Shown: positions 36,227 through 49,240 of the stretch, piece by piece
Layout of the letters: each line of letters opens with the position of its first letter
How positions within the stretch are numbered: position 1 is the first letter of the stretch
Assembly: GCF_963921235.1 (NCBI RefSeq)
Contig: NC_086097.1
Span: 154,692,001-154,756,000, forward strand
From: Mobula hypostoma
Taxonomy: Eukaryota
Direction: 5' to 3'
Length of the DNA: 64,000 nucleotides
Made by a program: the position numbers and the translations under genes
Notes under the pieces: model-generated
Told to the model about the DNA's origin: nothing
The model's input: the letters and a program-made list of their open reading frames with translations, nothing else
Database searches by the model: none

Positions 36227-37830
36227 CAAACTCCATTTCCAGAAAAGTTGGAATATTTTCCAAAATGCAATAAAAACAAAAATCTGTGATATGTTAATTC
36301 ACGTGAACCTTTATTTAACTGACAAAAGTACAAAGAAAAGATTTTCAATAGTTTTACTGACCAACTTAATTGTATTTTGTAAATATACACAAGTTTAGAA
36401 TTTGATGGCTGCAACACACTCAACAAAAGTTGGGACAGAGTTAAAATAAAATTGAAAAGTGCACAGAATATTCAAGTAACACCGGTTTGGAAGACTCCAC
36501 ATTAAGCAGGCTAATTGGTAGCAGGTGAGGTATCATGACTGGGTATAAAAGTAGCGACCATCAAAGGCTCAGTCTTTGCAAGCAAGGATGGGTCGTGGCT
36601 CACCCCTTTGTGCCAAAATTCGTGAGAGAATTGTTAGTCAGTTCAAAAGGAACATTTCTCAACGCAAGATTGCAGAGAATTTAGGTCTTTCAAAATCTAC
36701 AGTACATAATATTGTGAAAAGATTCAGAGAATTCAGAGACACCTCAGTGCGTAAAGGGCAAGGTCGGAAACCACTGTTGAATGCGCTTGATCTTCGAGCC
36801 CTCAGGCGGCACTGCCTAAGAAACCGTCATGCTACTGTGACAATTATAGCCACCTGGGCTCGGGAATACTTCGGAAAACCATTGTCACTCAACACAGTCC
36901 GTCACTGCATCCAGAAATGCAACTTGAAACTGTATTACGCAAGGAGGAAGCCATACATCAACTCTATGCAGAAACACCGGTGAGTTCTCTGGGCCCGAGC
37001 TCATCTCAGATGGACCGAAAGACTGTGGAACCGTGTGCTGGGGTCAGATGAGTCCACATTTCAATTAGTTTTCGGAAAAAACGGGCATCGAGTTCTCCGT
37101 GCCAAAGATGAAAACAACCATCCAGATTGTTATCAATGAAAGGTGCAAAAGCCAGCATCTGTGATGGTATGGGGGTGCATCAGTGCCCACGGCATGGGTG
37201 AATTACATGTATGTGAAGGTACCATTGACTCTGAGGCGTATATTAGGATTTTAGAGAGACATATGTTGCCATCAAGGCGACGTCTCTTCCTGGGACATCC
37301 ATGCTTATTTCAGCAGGACAATGCCAGACTACATTCTGCACGGGCTACAACAGCGTGGCTTTGTAGACACAGAGTGCGTGTGCTTGACTGGCCTGCTGCC
37401 AGTCCAGATCTATCTCCTATTGAAAATGCATGGCACATCATGAAGAGGAGAATCAGACAACGGAGACCACGGACTGTTGAGCAGCTGAAGTCTTATATCA
37501 AGCAAGAATGGACAAAATTTCCAATTGCAAATCTACTACAATCAGTATCCTCAGTTCCAAAACGATTAAAAAGAGTTATTAAAAGGAAAGGTGATGTAAC
37601 ACAATGGTAAACATGTCTCTGTCCCAACTTTTGTTGAGTGTGTTGCAGCCATCAAATTCTAAATTTGTGTATGGTTACAAAATACAAATAAGTTGGTCAG
37701 TAAAACTATTGAAAATCTTTTCTTTGTACTTTTGTCAGTTAAATAAAGGTTCACGTGAATTAACATATCACAGATTTTTGTTTTTATTGCATTTTGGAAA
37801 ATATCCCAACTTTTCTGGACATGGGGTTTG
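36227..37830 (+). mobile_element. Full-length Tc1-family (DD34E) DNA transposon, 1604 bp
   Basis: TA duplication at 36225-36226 and 37831-37832. Terminal inverted repeats (TIRs) of about 214 bp at 36227-36440 and 37617-37830, each with internal direct repeats aaaagttgg. Confidence 0.95.
36588..37610 (+). pseudogene. Tc1 transposase, 340 codons, two in-frame TGA stops (36981, 37137)
   Basis: HTH region, GRKP, SDES, VMVWG, FQQDNA and SPDLSPIEN, with 34 residues between the second D and E. No frameshift. Confidence 0.92.
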
Positions 37831-39573
37831 TAAAGAGAGCTGAGGGTAGGTATAGGACCAATAGAAAATGACGCTGCAGATATTGTAATTTGAGACGCAG
37901 AGATGGCAGAGGAACTGAATGCGTATTTTGCATCAGTCTTCACAGTGGAAGACAGCTGCAGTATACCAGACATTCAAGACTGTCAGGAAAGTGAAGTATG
38001 TGCAGTGAAAATTACAACAGAGAAGGTGCTCGGGAAACTTAATGGTCTGAGGGTGGATAAGTATCCTGGACCTGATGGAACGCACTCTCGGGTTCTGAAC
38101 GAAGTAGCTAGAGAGATTGCGGAGGCATAAATGATAATCTGTCAAGAATCGATAGATTCTGGCATTTTACTGGATGACTGGAAAATTGCAAATGTTACTC
38201 CGCTATTTAAGAAGGGTGGGAGGCAGCAGAAAGGAAACTATATATCTTTTAGCCTGACATCAGTGGTTGGGAAGTTGTTGGAATTGATTGTTAGGGATGA
38301 GATTACGGAGTACCTGGAGGCACATGACAAGATAGGCCAAAGCCAGCATGGTTTCCTGAAAGGAAAATCCTGCCTGACTAACCTGCTGCAATTTTTTGAG
38401 GAAATTATAAGCAGGGTAGACAAAGGAGATGCAGTAGATGTGGTATATTTGGACTTTCAGAATGCCTTTGACAGAGTGCTGCACATGAGGCTGCTTAGTA
38501 AGATAAGACCCCATGGAATTACAAGGAAGTTACTAGCATGGATGGAGCACTGGCCGATTGGCAGAAAACAGAAAGTAGGAATAAAGGGATCCTTTTCTGG
38601 CAGGCTGCCAGTTACCAGTGGAGTTCCACAGGGGTTAGTGTTGGGACTGCTGCTTTTTACGATGTATGTGAATGATTTGGACTATGGAGTTAACGGATTT
38701 GTGGCTCAGTTTGCCGATGATACAAAGATAGGTGGAGAAGTGGGTAGTGTTGAGGAAACAGAGAGCCTGCAGAGGGATTTAGATAGTTTAGGGCAATGGG
38801 GGAAGAAGTGGCAAATGAAAAACAATGTTGGAAAGTGTATGGTCATGCACTTTGGTGTAAGAAATAAATGGGCAAACTGTTATTTAGATGGGGAGAGAAT
38901 TCAAAATGCAGAGACGCAAAGGCACTTGGGAGTCCTTGTGCAGGATACCCTAAAGGTTAGTGTCTAGAATGAGTCGGTGGTAGAGAAGGCGATTGCAATG
39001 TTGGCATTCATTTATAGAGGTATAGAATATAAGAACATGGATGTGATGTTGAGGCTCTATTAAGCACTCGTGAGACCACATTTGCAGTATTGTGTGCAGT
39101 TTTGGGCTCCTTATTTTAGAAAGAATATACTGACATTGGAGAGGGTTCAGAGAAGGTTCACGAGAATGATTCCAGGAATGAAAGGGTTACTGTATGAGGA
39201 GCATCTGGCAGCTCTTGGGCTGTATTCCCTGGAGTTCAGGAGAATGAGGGGAGATCTCATAGAAACATTCTGCATGTTAAAGGACCTGAACAGATTAGAT
39301 ATGGCGAAGTTATTTCCCATGGTAGGGGAGTCTCAGACAAGAGGGCACAACTTCAGGATTGAAGGATGTCCACTTGGAATAGAGACGCAGAGAAATTATT
39401 TTAGTCAGAGGGTGGTAATTCTGTGCCATTTGTTGCCATGAGCAGCTGTGGAGGCCAAGTCATTGGGTGCATTTAAGGCAGAGATAGATATGTTCTTGAT
39501 TAGCCGGGCCATCAAAGGGTATGGGGAGAAGGCAGGGGAATGGGGATGACTGGAAGAATTGGATTAACCCATG

Positions 39574-42345
39574 TCAATAGACAATAGGTGCAGGAGTAGG
39601 CCATTCAGCCCTTCGAGCCAGCACCACCATCCACTGTGATCATGGCTGATCATCCACAGTCAGTACTCTTTTCCTGCCTTCTCCCCATATCCCTTGACTC
39701 CGCTATCTTTAAGAGCTCTTTCTAACTCTTTCTTGAAAGAATCCAGAGAATTGGCCTCCACTGCCTTCTGAGGCAGAGCATTACACAGAACCACAAACAT
39801 CTGTGTGAAAAAGATTTTCCTTAACTCCGTTCTAAATGGTCTACCCCTTATTCTTAAACTGTGGCCTCCAGTTCTGGACTCCCCCAACATCGGGAACATG
39901 TTTCCTGCCTCTAGCGTGTCCAATCCCTTGATAATCTTATATGTTTCAATCAGATTCCCTCTCATCCTTCTAAATTCCAGTGTTTACAATCCCAGTCGCT
40001 CCAATCTTTCAACATATGACAGTCCCGCCATCCCGGGAATTAACCTCGTGAACCTACGCTGCACTCCCTCAATAGCTAGAATGTCCTTCCTCAGATCTGG
40101 AGACCAAAACTGTACACAATACTCCAGGTGTGGTCTCACCAGGGCTCTGTACAACTGCAGAAGGACCTCTTTGCTCCTATACTCAACTCCCCTTGTTATG
40201 AAGGCCAACATGCCATTAGCTTTCTTCACTGCCTGCTGCACCTGCATATTTACTTTCAGTGACTGATGAACAAGGACACCTAGATTTTGTTGTACTTCCC
40301 CTTTTCCTAAATTGACATCATTCAGATAGTAATCTGCCTTTCTGTTCTTGCCACCAAAGTGGATAACCTCATATCTATCCACATTAAACTGCATCTGCCC
40401 ACTCACCCAACCTGTCCAAATCACCCTGCATTCTCATAACATCCTCCTCACATTTCACACTGCCACCCAGCTTTGTGTCATCTGCAAATTTGCTAATTTT
40501 ACTTTTAATCCCTTCATCTAAATCATTAATGTATATTGTAAATAGCTGCGGTCCCAGCACTGAGCCTTGTGGTACCCCACTAGTCACTGCCTGCCATTCT
40601 GTAAAGGACCCATTAATCCCTACTCTTTAACACAAAATAATCTGCAGATGCTGGGGTCAAAGCAACACCCACAACACGCTGGAGGAACTCAGCAGGTCGG
40701 GCAGCGCCCGTGGAAATGATCAGTCAACGTTTCGGGCCGGAACCCTTAGTCAGGACGAAGGGGTCCAGCCCGAAACGTCCACTGATCGTTTCCACGGATG
40801 CTAACCGACCTGCTGAGTTCCTCCAGCGTGTTGTGAGAATCCCTACTCTTTGTTTCCTGTCTGCCAACCAATTTTCTATCCATGTCAGGACCCTACCCCC
40901 AATACCATTTGCTCTAATTTTGCCCACTAACCTCCTACGTGGGACCTTATCAAAGGCTTTCTGAAAGTCCAGGTACACTACCCATGTCCATTTTCATAGT
41001 TACATTCTCAAAAAATTCCAGAAGATTAGTCAAGCATGATTTCCCCTTCGTAAATCCATGCTAACTCGGACCTATCCTGCTACTGCTATCCAAATATGCC
41101 GCTATTTCACCTTTTATAATTGATTCCAGCATCTTCCCCACCACTGATGTCAGACTAACTGGTCTTAATCGCCTGTTTTCTCTCTCCCTCCTTTCTTAAA
41201 AAGTGGGATAAGATTAGCTACCCTCCGATCCGCAGGAACTGATCCTGAATCTGTAGAACATTGGATAATGATTACCAATGCGTCCATGATTTCTAGAGCC
41301 ACCTCCTTAAGTACCCTGGGATGCAGACCATCAGGCCCTGGGGATTTATCAGCCTTCAGTCCCATCAGTTTACCCAACACCATTTTCTGCCTGATGCGAA
41401 TTTCCTTCACTTCCTCTGTTACCCTAGGTCCTCTGGCCACTACTACATCTGGGAGATTGTTTGTGTCTTCCCTAGTGAAAATAGATCCAAAGTACCTGTT
41501 CAGTTTGTCTGCCATTTCCTTGTTCCCCATAATAATTTCACCCGTTTCTGTCAAGGGCCCAACTTTGGTCTTAACTAATTTTTTCCTCTTCACATACCTA
41601 AAGAAGCTTTTACTATCCTCCTTTATATGCTTGGCTAGCTTACCTTCGTACCTCATCTTTTCCCCCCGTATTGCCTTTTTATTTATCTTCTGTTGCTCCT
41701 TAAAAGTCTCCCAATCCTCTGGCTTCCCGCTCATCCTTGCTATGTTATACTTCCTCTCTTTTATTTTTATACTGTCCTTGACTTCCCTTGACATCCACGG
41801 TCGCTACTTACTTCCCTTAGAATCTTTCTTCCTCTTTGGAATGAACTGATCCTGCACCCTCTGTATTATTCCCAGAAATACCTGCCATTGTTATTCCACT
41901 GTCATCCCTGCTAAGTTGTCTTTCCAGTCAACTTTGGCCAGCTCCTCCCTCATGGGTCCATAGTCCCCTTTGTTCAACTGTAATACTGACACTTCCGATC
42001 TTCCCTTCTCCCTCTCAAATTGTAGATTAAAACTTATCATATTATGGTTACTACCTCCTAATGGCTCCTTTACCTCGAGTTCCCTTATCAAATCTGGCTC
42101 ATTACACAACACTAAATCCAGAATTGCCTTCTCCCTGGTAGGCTCTAATACAAGCTGCTCTAAGAATCCATCTCTGAGGCATTCCACAAACTCCCTTTCT
42201 TGCACCCTATATCCAGGCTACTGTTTGGGGGCCTGTAGATAACTCCCATCAGGGTCTTTTTGCCCTTACAGTTTCTCAGTTCTATCCATACTGACTCTAC
42301 GTCTCCTGATTCTATGTCTCCCCTGGCAAGTGACTGAATTTCATT
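39574..42345 (-). mobile_element. Young CR1 LINE inserted into the 3' UTR of the plus-strand CR1
   Basis: Long ORF2 pieces ([32 protein letters not shown]), a caataga tail at 39575, and ccatg duplicated at 39569-39573 and 42346-42350. Confidence 0.9.
40629..40837. mobile_element. Palindromic Penelope-derived element
   Basis: Perfect 14-bp TSD aatccctactcttt at 40615-40628 and 40838-40851. Inverted arms, with two opposed degenerate hammerhead cores at the centre. Confidence 0.85.
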
Positions 42346-45300
42346 CCATGATTGAATGGTGGAGCAGACTCAATGGACTAGCCTTTCAATCCCAGAATCA
42401 TTTTTATGAATCTCCATTGAACCCTCTCCAGTTTCAGCACATCCTTTCTCAGATAAGGGGGCCCAAAACTACTCACAACACTCCAAGTGACGCCTCACCA
42501 ATGCCTTTCTCAAGAATTCCCACATCTCACACAATGAATACAACTAACAGATGAAGAAGAAACTTCGTAGAAATGTACCTCCTTAGTTATCTACCCTACC
42601 AGTTGCCTCTTCTCTTAATCCCGATTTGATTGGGTGGCTGGAAAGGAGTGAAAGCCTGTGAACTCTCTTTTTTAAATTTCACTCATGGACCCGTGGGTTG
42701 CTTCTCTTTTGCTTCTGATTCGATTTGGCCACTGGAAAGATGCTGAAAACCTGCAAATGCCCCTTTGTAAATCTCACTCATGGACCTGTGAGTTGCTCCC
42801 AATTTGATTGGGCCACTGGACATGTTTGAAACTGTTCTACATCCCCTCATCCCATCCAATGTTAAATTTTGTTTTAAAGAAATAGCTTATGCATTAATAA
42901 TATATTGACAACACAACACTTAACATTCATGCTCTATATTTTATACACATAAATGTACATACTTAAATAATAATTCTACAATCATGTTCAAGGAGTAGCT
43001 CCATGAGTTTCATCGGAAAAAAACATCCCAATCCGTGATAAGCAGAAGGAACTATACTGTTGAAGTGATCTTCCTTCGCAGATCAACGTTCTTTAAATTG
43101 TTGCAAATCTCACAAAGTACAGTAATAAAGCAAGCTTTTAAAAAAACTTAACAGTTACACCATAAGCAATCTCCATCTGCATGTAAAACACTCATGTTTC
43201 TAACATTTCCAATCAGTTATGTCAGGAGGCAATGACAGAGTGTGAACAGGAAGATTGAATACAGCGCTGAGCATCTGCAAACCTATTCAATTGTTAAAGC
43301 TCCATGCTTAATCTGTCTCTGAATATCATAAGAAAATAAAAGGAGATAATTTTATCACTATGTCTACCATTTACTTTATCCAACATAGGTATTTAAAATA
43401 GGTTGATAAAAATGCAAAGATGAAGTACATTAAGCAGTTTTTCTCAGTTATTGTCTAAAACTTATATATATAGGAAGAAACAATGGAGGGGGTGGGGTAG
43501 TCGAGAGCAGCTTTAAGGCCTTTGGAATCATTATTAAAAGTTTATTTGAGTCAAAGGAGCACCATGGAAACCAGAACAATTAAGAAGTCAAAGAAACAAA
43601 GTACAAGCACAAAATATTCATAACTTTGTAACACAGAATTCTATCACAGAATTAAGCTGTGAAGAGCACTGTTCATTGACAACTGTCCTGTGTCTACAAA
43701 TCAAATGCAAATCAAACAAGAAATGGAACCAGTCCACTTATAAAGCCAGGACAAACTTGGAAACATAAAGAAAATCTCATCCTTAACTCTAATGGGAAAG
43801 ACATTCAATGAGTCATGCAATAAAACACCCAACAACACACTAGTCAGTCGCTCCCAACAGCAAAAGAAAAACATTGGCTTACAAGTCTTTCTTGTGGTGC
43901 TGGGCCACTGAAAACAACATCAAAAGATGCATGACATAGGAGATTGCACAGAATATGGTTTTTCTTTAATCCCTTTTTGGAAAACTTTACTCACTACTTT
44001 GGTATTTTGTAGCATAATACTTACACACAAAAGATGTGAATGTACCCAATACATAAAAGTTTTCATTTAGGGTTGATACGAAATTCAGATTTTCTTTAGG
44101 AAAAATATATCACCTTTGAGAGCTTTATGTTTTGAAAGACATTCATAGTTCTATTAACTGTTGCCTCAATAATACAGACATTTGACTGTAAATTTATCCA
44201 ATCCAAGTAAGTTAATTAAAGCATATTTCTTCTAATTGTAAATATAGATCTATATTCTTTTTTATTATATTCCACTAGGTAGGCAATGGCACAGTCTTGT
44301 ATATCAGTTATCCATGTGGTAAAAGTTCTCCAAAGAAAAATTTTTCGAATTTCTGAAAGGATATCAACTGCTATGTCTGGGAATTCAATCAAGGGTATCA
44401 ATTATTTATCTAAGATCAATTCATACTGTTGAGTATTTTTACTTAGGTAATGATTTAGAATCTATTAATATATTTAAAATGTGACTATAATATTTTGTTT
44501 TATCAGTATTTTTCCACAGTACCATTGGCCCATTCCCAGGACTCTGATGGACCCTTGGCAGCTCATCAGTTTTACACCCAGTCTGATATTACTCCATCAT
44601 GACTTTTGTTGCAATTAACCGCTTCATACTACAACCACCTTCTTGCTACAAGTTAGAACACAGTAACATTTCAGTATACTTTCTAGATCACTTTGAATTA
44701 TACTGTGGTAGCTATGTATGTAGCGATATTACTTAATGGAATATTTACAATTCCTTTTCACGATACCTCAGTAATAAATAAGCCTATGTCATACTCATTG
44801 CACTACCATGTCATGTGAAGTAATATCAAATTAGATATATTGGACTAGGAACCTCCTAAATGTTAAAAACCTCAAAAGGCAATTGTGCATTACTTAATAT
44901 TTAAAATTGTAAATCAAATTAATGGAGTTTAAAAAAACATACATTAATGGCACATAAAGTATTATCACAGCTGTAGGTCACTTCGAGACAGGAAGGACTT
45001 CTGGCTAGAACTTCCTGATATAATGGAAGATATAGATGGGTATAGCCCAGAAGCACTTGCCCAAGAATCCATTATTTATTCCCTTTATTCTCTCTTTTGT
45101 TGAACCCTAAATGTTAAACGTGGTAACTGAATAGTTGCCCCTAGATTCAATATTTAAAGCAGGGCATATATTAAGAAGCACAGTTGCATTTTTGTATGCC
45201 TCCAGATGAGTCCTTGAATAAGGTAGTAGGTGAGTGGTGGTAGAGGCACAGCACCGTTCTAGTTATGTGGAGAAAATGGACTGGAAAGAATTGGCCAAAT

Positions 45301-46955
45301 TATTTATATTTTATGTTACCTATTTGAGGTATGGTGTGAGGCGATTCAAAATGATTATTTAATTAATAGATTCTGGTAATATTTGTTCAAAATACATTTG
45401 CTTTTGTGCTTATCCTTCCTAATACTGATATTATTCTTTGATTTAAAAAAACTGTTTATTTACATGATTAAGAGGCTTAATCTCTAAATACATAGTTAAG
45501 CAGCAAGCTATATAGATCCCATCTGTCCTGAGAAAGTGAATCTCAAATGAGATATATTAAGAGTGGAACAATATGTAATTGCTTATAAAGGGCAAGAGAA
45601 ATAAATCGCACTATTTTGTGTGGAATATATTTAAAGGCAGAATTGTGTTTGGCTAACCTGCTCACATGTGTTGAATGAATGCCAGAATGCTCTTGGCCTT
45701 AAGGTGATCAATGGTACCGTATGGATTAAGTGGGCTAGAAGTAGGTCAAGGCCACAACTTGCTGCCATACTTTGAAACCTAAAAGCTTACAGCAAATTGC
45801 ACTTCATCAACATTTTGCTGGAGAGCAGTGGATGGTATTTGGGGAAAGGCAGCTTGCTGATGTTGATGTGGAACAATTTAAACTAACTACTCATGTAGAA
45901 CAGCTATATACCCAGGACAAATATTATTTCTCTTTGTTTAAAATAACATATTTACATTTTTTTTAAAATTACTGTCTCCTGCAGTCCAATTAGGAAACAA
46001 GTAACTGCTTGGATCATTAAGCCTCTCACCTAAAATTCAAATAAATGAATATTTAATGACCTTTGCTAATATGCAGCTGCTGTAATGCATTTATAAAGAT
46101 CTGGCCCACAATTTGTATTTTTTCTTTCCCAATTCAAAGAGGAGAAATGAGGAGCAACTTTTTGCTCATCCAAATGCTTGGAAAAAAATGGGAAATAAAG
46201 TGACAGTGTGAAGATGAACAGGATGGCTGATTTGGGAAATGGATATAAAAAGCACATGCTTTGACATTTATCCCTGCTGAACGTGTTATATAGTCAATGT
46301 CAACACATTGTACTCTGCCTTTAAAATTCAGTTTCATTGACATTATTCAAATAAATTTTGGAGTGAGAACATATTGTGTGGATGATGCTGTATAACAGAT
46401 TTAGTGCTACTGATCAGAAATGAATTTTTAGGTGCAAAGGGCAGGATACTCTTTTGAAGTGGAGGTTTGATGGATAACCTTTTAGGGTGAGTGGAAGAGG
46501 TATTTTCTTTTAAATATTTTACGTGGAATTCAACACATTTGGTGGTACTTCTACTTCATATACTATATATTCACGACACTGAAATCAAGCACAATTGAAT
46601 AATCCAGAAATAGTAAATTGCACCATATATGTCACACGAGATTGCTGTGTAGTTGAGATGAAAATCTGGTGGAAAATAGCTGCAGAATTGGAAAATATGT
46701 ATAGTTAGAAAGCTTTAAAACCACACAGTTAAGTCACAATTAAGAGCTGGTGCAGATCTTCATAAGGAAGATTTGTGTGCTTAATGGCTAGGATCCAGTC
46801 CAAATCTCCAGTGAAAGAACAGGAACTTGCATCAAAGCACACCTGGCCAGCAGCAAGTGTATTTGGAGTGATCTTTGTTTAGGCTGCTAATTGTTATTGT
46901 ATTTCAAGCCAACAGCCTCAATCCTTCAATTTTTTCTAATCCTTCGCATCGTGAT

Positions 46956-47143
46956 TTAAGGTCCTTTTTGATTGGATGGCCGACTGGCCAGGCTTGCATA
47001 GAGAGCACACTGTGCCAGGTCACAGACTCCATTCTGCCCACGCGGTCCCTGTGCGCCAGCAATGCCAGGTTGGCCGGGCTCTCCTTGTGGTCCTGGAGTA
47101 CCAGGCAGTCCATCTTTTCCATAGCCAGGTGTTCCAGCGATGC
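46956..47143 (-). CDS. COL22A1: Collagen alpha-1(XXII), last coding exon
   Basis: Reads GIAGTPGYGKDGLPG...GVCDLAQCALYASLASRPSNQKGP*. The recalled human C-terminus is CDPSQCAYFASLAARPGNVKGP. tag acceptor, phase 1. Confidence 0.9.
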
Positions 47144-47906
47144 CTATAATTATGAAATACAATGTATAATTGCTGGTTATTTCAGATGTGTGAAGATTTG
47201 AACAAAAGAAGGAAGATTATGCATTTTTAAATAGCAGCGTAAAAAAAACACTTTGAAAGAGCTGGAAACTATGACATACTCAATGTGCCTAACCAAGGCA
47301 GAGGTGCAAATAACAAATCTAATTGGAAGAATAATGGTGTAGTCAATATAATAGAGTATGTACCAAAGGAACTGACATTCATTCAAAAATAATCCAGTAC
47401 TTTTGTCAGACCATAGTGTTCTGCTTATGAGTATTATCAGAGATATTTAAGCACTGAAATGCCTGCAAAGGAGATATATTTAAAGTATATTTAAAACAGA
47501 AGTTGATGGCACCTTATTAGTAAGCATGTCAATGGCTATGGGGAGAAGGCAGGAGAAGGGGTCGAGAGAGAAAATAAATCAGCCATGATTGGCTTAATTC
47601 TGCTCTTCTGCTTTATGATCTCATGGAGATTCACATGACGCTGCCCAGAGTGAATTTGCTTCTGGAAAATCATAGTATAATTTAATGAAGTCCCTAGCTA
47701 ACCATCAAGAATCCACTTACATTAACTTTGCACTGATCGTACTTTATTCTCCCATTACCTTCAAACCCCAGATTAAGTTCTGCAACACACATTGCCTAAA
47801 AAAGCAGATCCACAATCCTAATTTCAATTATTATAACTTCCACTAATTTCAAACCATATTTACAATATATAACAACTTTAAAGAAATGGAATAATGCATT
47901 TCTTAC

Positions 47907-47984
47907 CTGGAGGGCCTGGCAGGCCAGGATCACCCCTCTGTCCAATGCCCATTGCTCCTGGTTCACCTTTTTCACCTTTATCAC
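47907..47984 (-). CDS. COL22A1: COL22A1 exon (78 bp)
   Basis: cag|GDKGEKGEPGAMGIGQRGDPGLPGPP|gtaag, phase 1-1. Confidence 0.9.
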
Positions 47985-48379
47985 CTGCACATAACATTGA
48001 AGCAGTTATTACAAGGTAGAGGTGACAGATAAAATGTCAAAGATGTGTTTGTGAAAAAAGGTAGATCATGTAAAGCAAATCAAATTAGCTACATTGATGG
48101 ATCTCTTAATGTTTGACCAATACAAGAATATAAGAATATTAAAAAATAGGCGCAAGAGCAGACCAGTTGGAACTCTGAGCCGGCCACAACATTCAATATG
48201 ATTAGCCCCTGGCCTCATCTCCACTTCTGCATCAATTCCCCACAATTCTCAATTCCTTGATCTTTCAAAAATTTATCTACCTCCCCTGTAAGTACCCCAC
48301 TGATCTAGTGTTCACATTTTCTTGGTAGAATTCCAAAGAATCACCACTATCAGTTTTAAATGCTTGCTCCCTAATCTTG

Positions 48380-49240
48380 CAAACACGAGGAAACCTGCAG
48401 ATGCTGGAAATTCAAACAACACACATCAAAGTTGCTGGTGAACGCAGCAGGCCAGGCAGCATCTCTAGGAAGAGATACAGTAAACGTTTTGGGCCGCGAC
48501 CCTTTGTCAGGACTAACTGAAAGAAGAGCTAGTAAGAGATTTGAAAGTGGGAGGGGGAGGGGGAGATCCAAAATGATAGGAGAAGACAGGAGGGGGAGGG
48601 ATGGAGCCAAGAGCTGGACAGTTGATTGGCAAAAGGGATATGAGAGGATCATGGGACAGGAGGCCCAGGGAGAAAGAAAAGGGGGAAGGGGGGGGAAACC
48701 CAGAGGATGGGAAAGGGGTATAGTGAGAGGGACAGAAGGAGAAAAAGGAGAGAGAGAGAAAAAGAATGTGTGTGTATATAAATAAATAACGGATGGGGTA
48801 TGAGGGGAAGGTGGGGCATTAGCAGAAGTTTGAGAAGTCAATGTTCATGCCATCAGGTTGGAGGCTACCCAGACGGAATATAAGATGTTGTTCCTCCAAC
48901 CTGAGTGTGGCTTCATCTTCACAGTAGAGGAGGCTGTGGATAGACATATCAGAATGGGAATGGGACGTGGAATTAAAATATGTGGCCACTGGGAGATCCT
49001 GCTTTCTCTGGCGGACAGAGCGTAGGTGTTCAGTGAAATGATCTCCCAGCCAATATATAGAAGGCCACATCGGGAGCACCGGATGCAGAATATCACCCCA
49101 GCCGACTCACAGGTGAAGTGTCGCCTCACCTGGAAGGACTGTCTGGGGCCCTGAATGGTGGTAAGGGAGGAAGTGTAAGGGCATGTGTAGCATTTGTTCC
49201 GCTTACAAGGATAAGTGCCAGGAGGGAGATCGGTGGGGAT
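48380..49240 (-). mobile_element. Penelope-like element 3' fragment with GIY-YIG endonuclease remnant
   Basis: RHFTCESAGVIFCIRCSRCGLLYIG and EHLRSVR...HSHSDM...RLEEQHLIFRLGSLQPDGMN. 13-bp TSD ctccctaatcttg at 48367-48379 and 49241-49253. Inserted into an old CR1. Confidence 0.88.

Larger units (their letters stand above)
35131..39573 (+). mobile_element. CR1 LINE, ORF2 nearly complete but decayed
   Basis: Endonuclease (VLYLNAHSIRNK, VVYRPP), RT (SQHGFLKGKSCLTNL, YLDFQNAFD, GVPQG, FADDTK) and C-terminus. The 3' UTR resumes at 42346. Confidence 0.92.

Noticed and set aside
38131..38967. 278-aa RT ORF as an active or domesticated reverse transcriptase
   Set aside because: It is flanked by stops and frameshifts within a Tc1-interrupted CR1 copy.
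46875..47201. Alternative-frame and antisense ORFs over collagen and LRR exons (also 8492-8748, 25140-25675, 55376-55561)
   Set aside because: They are shadows of GC-rich coding exons with no independent support.
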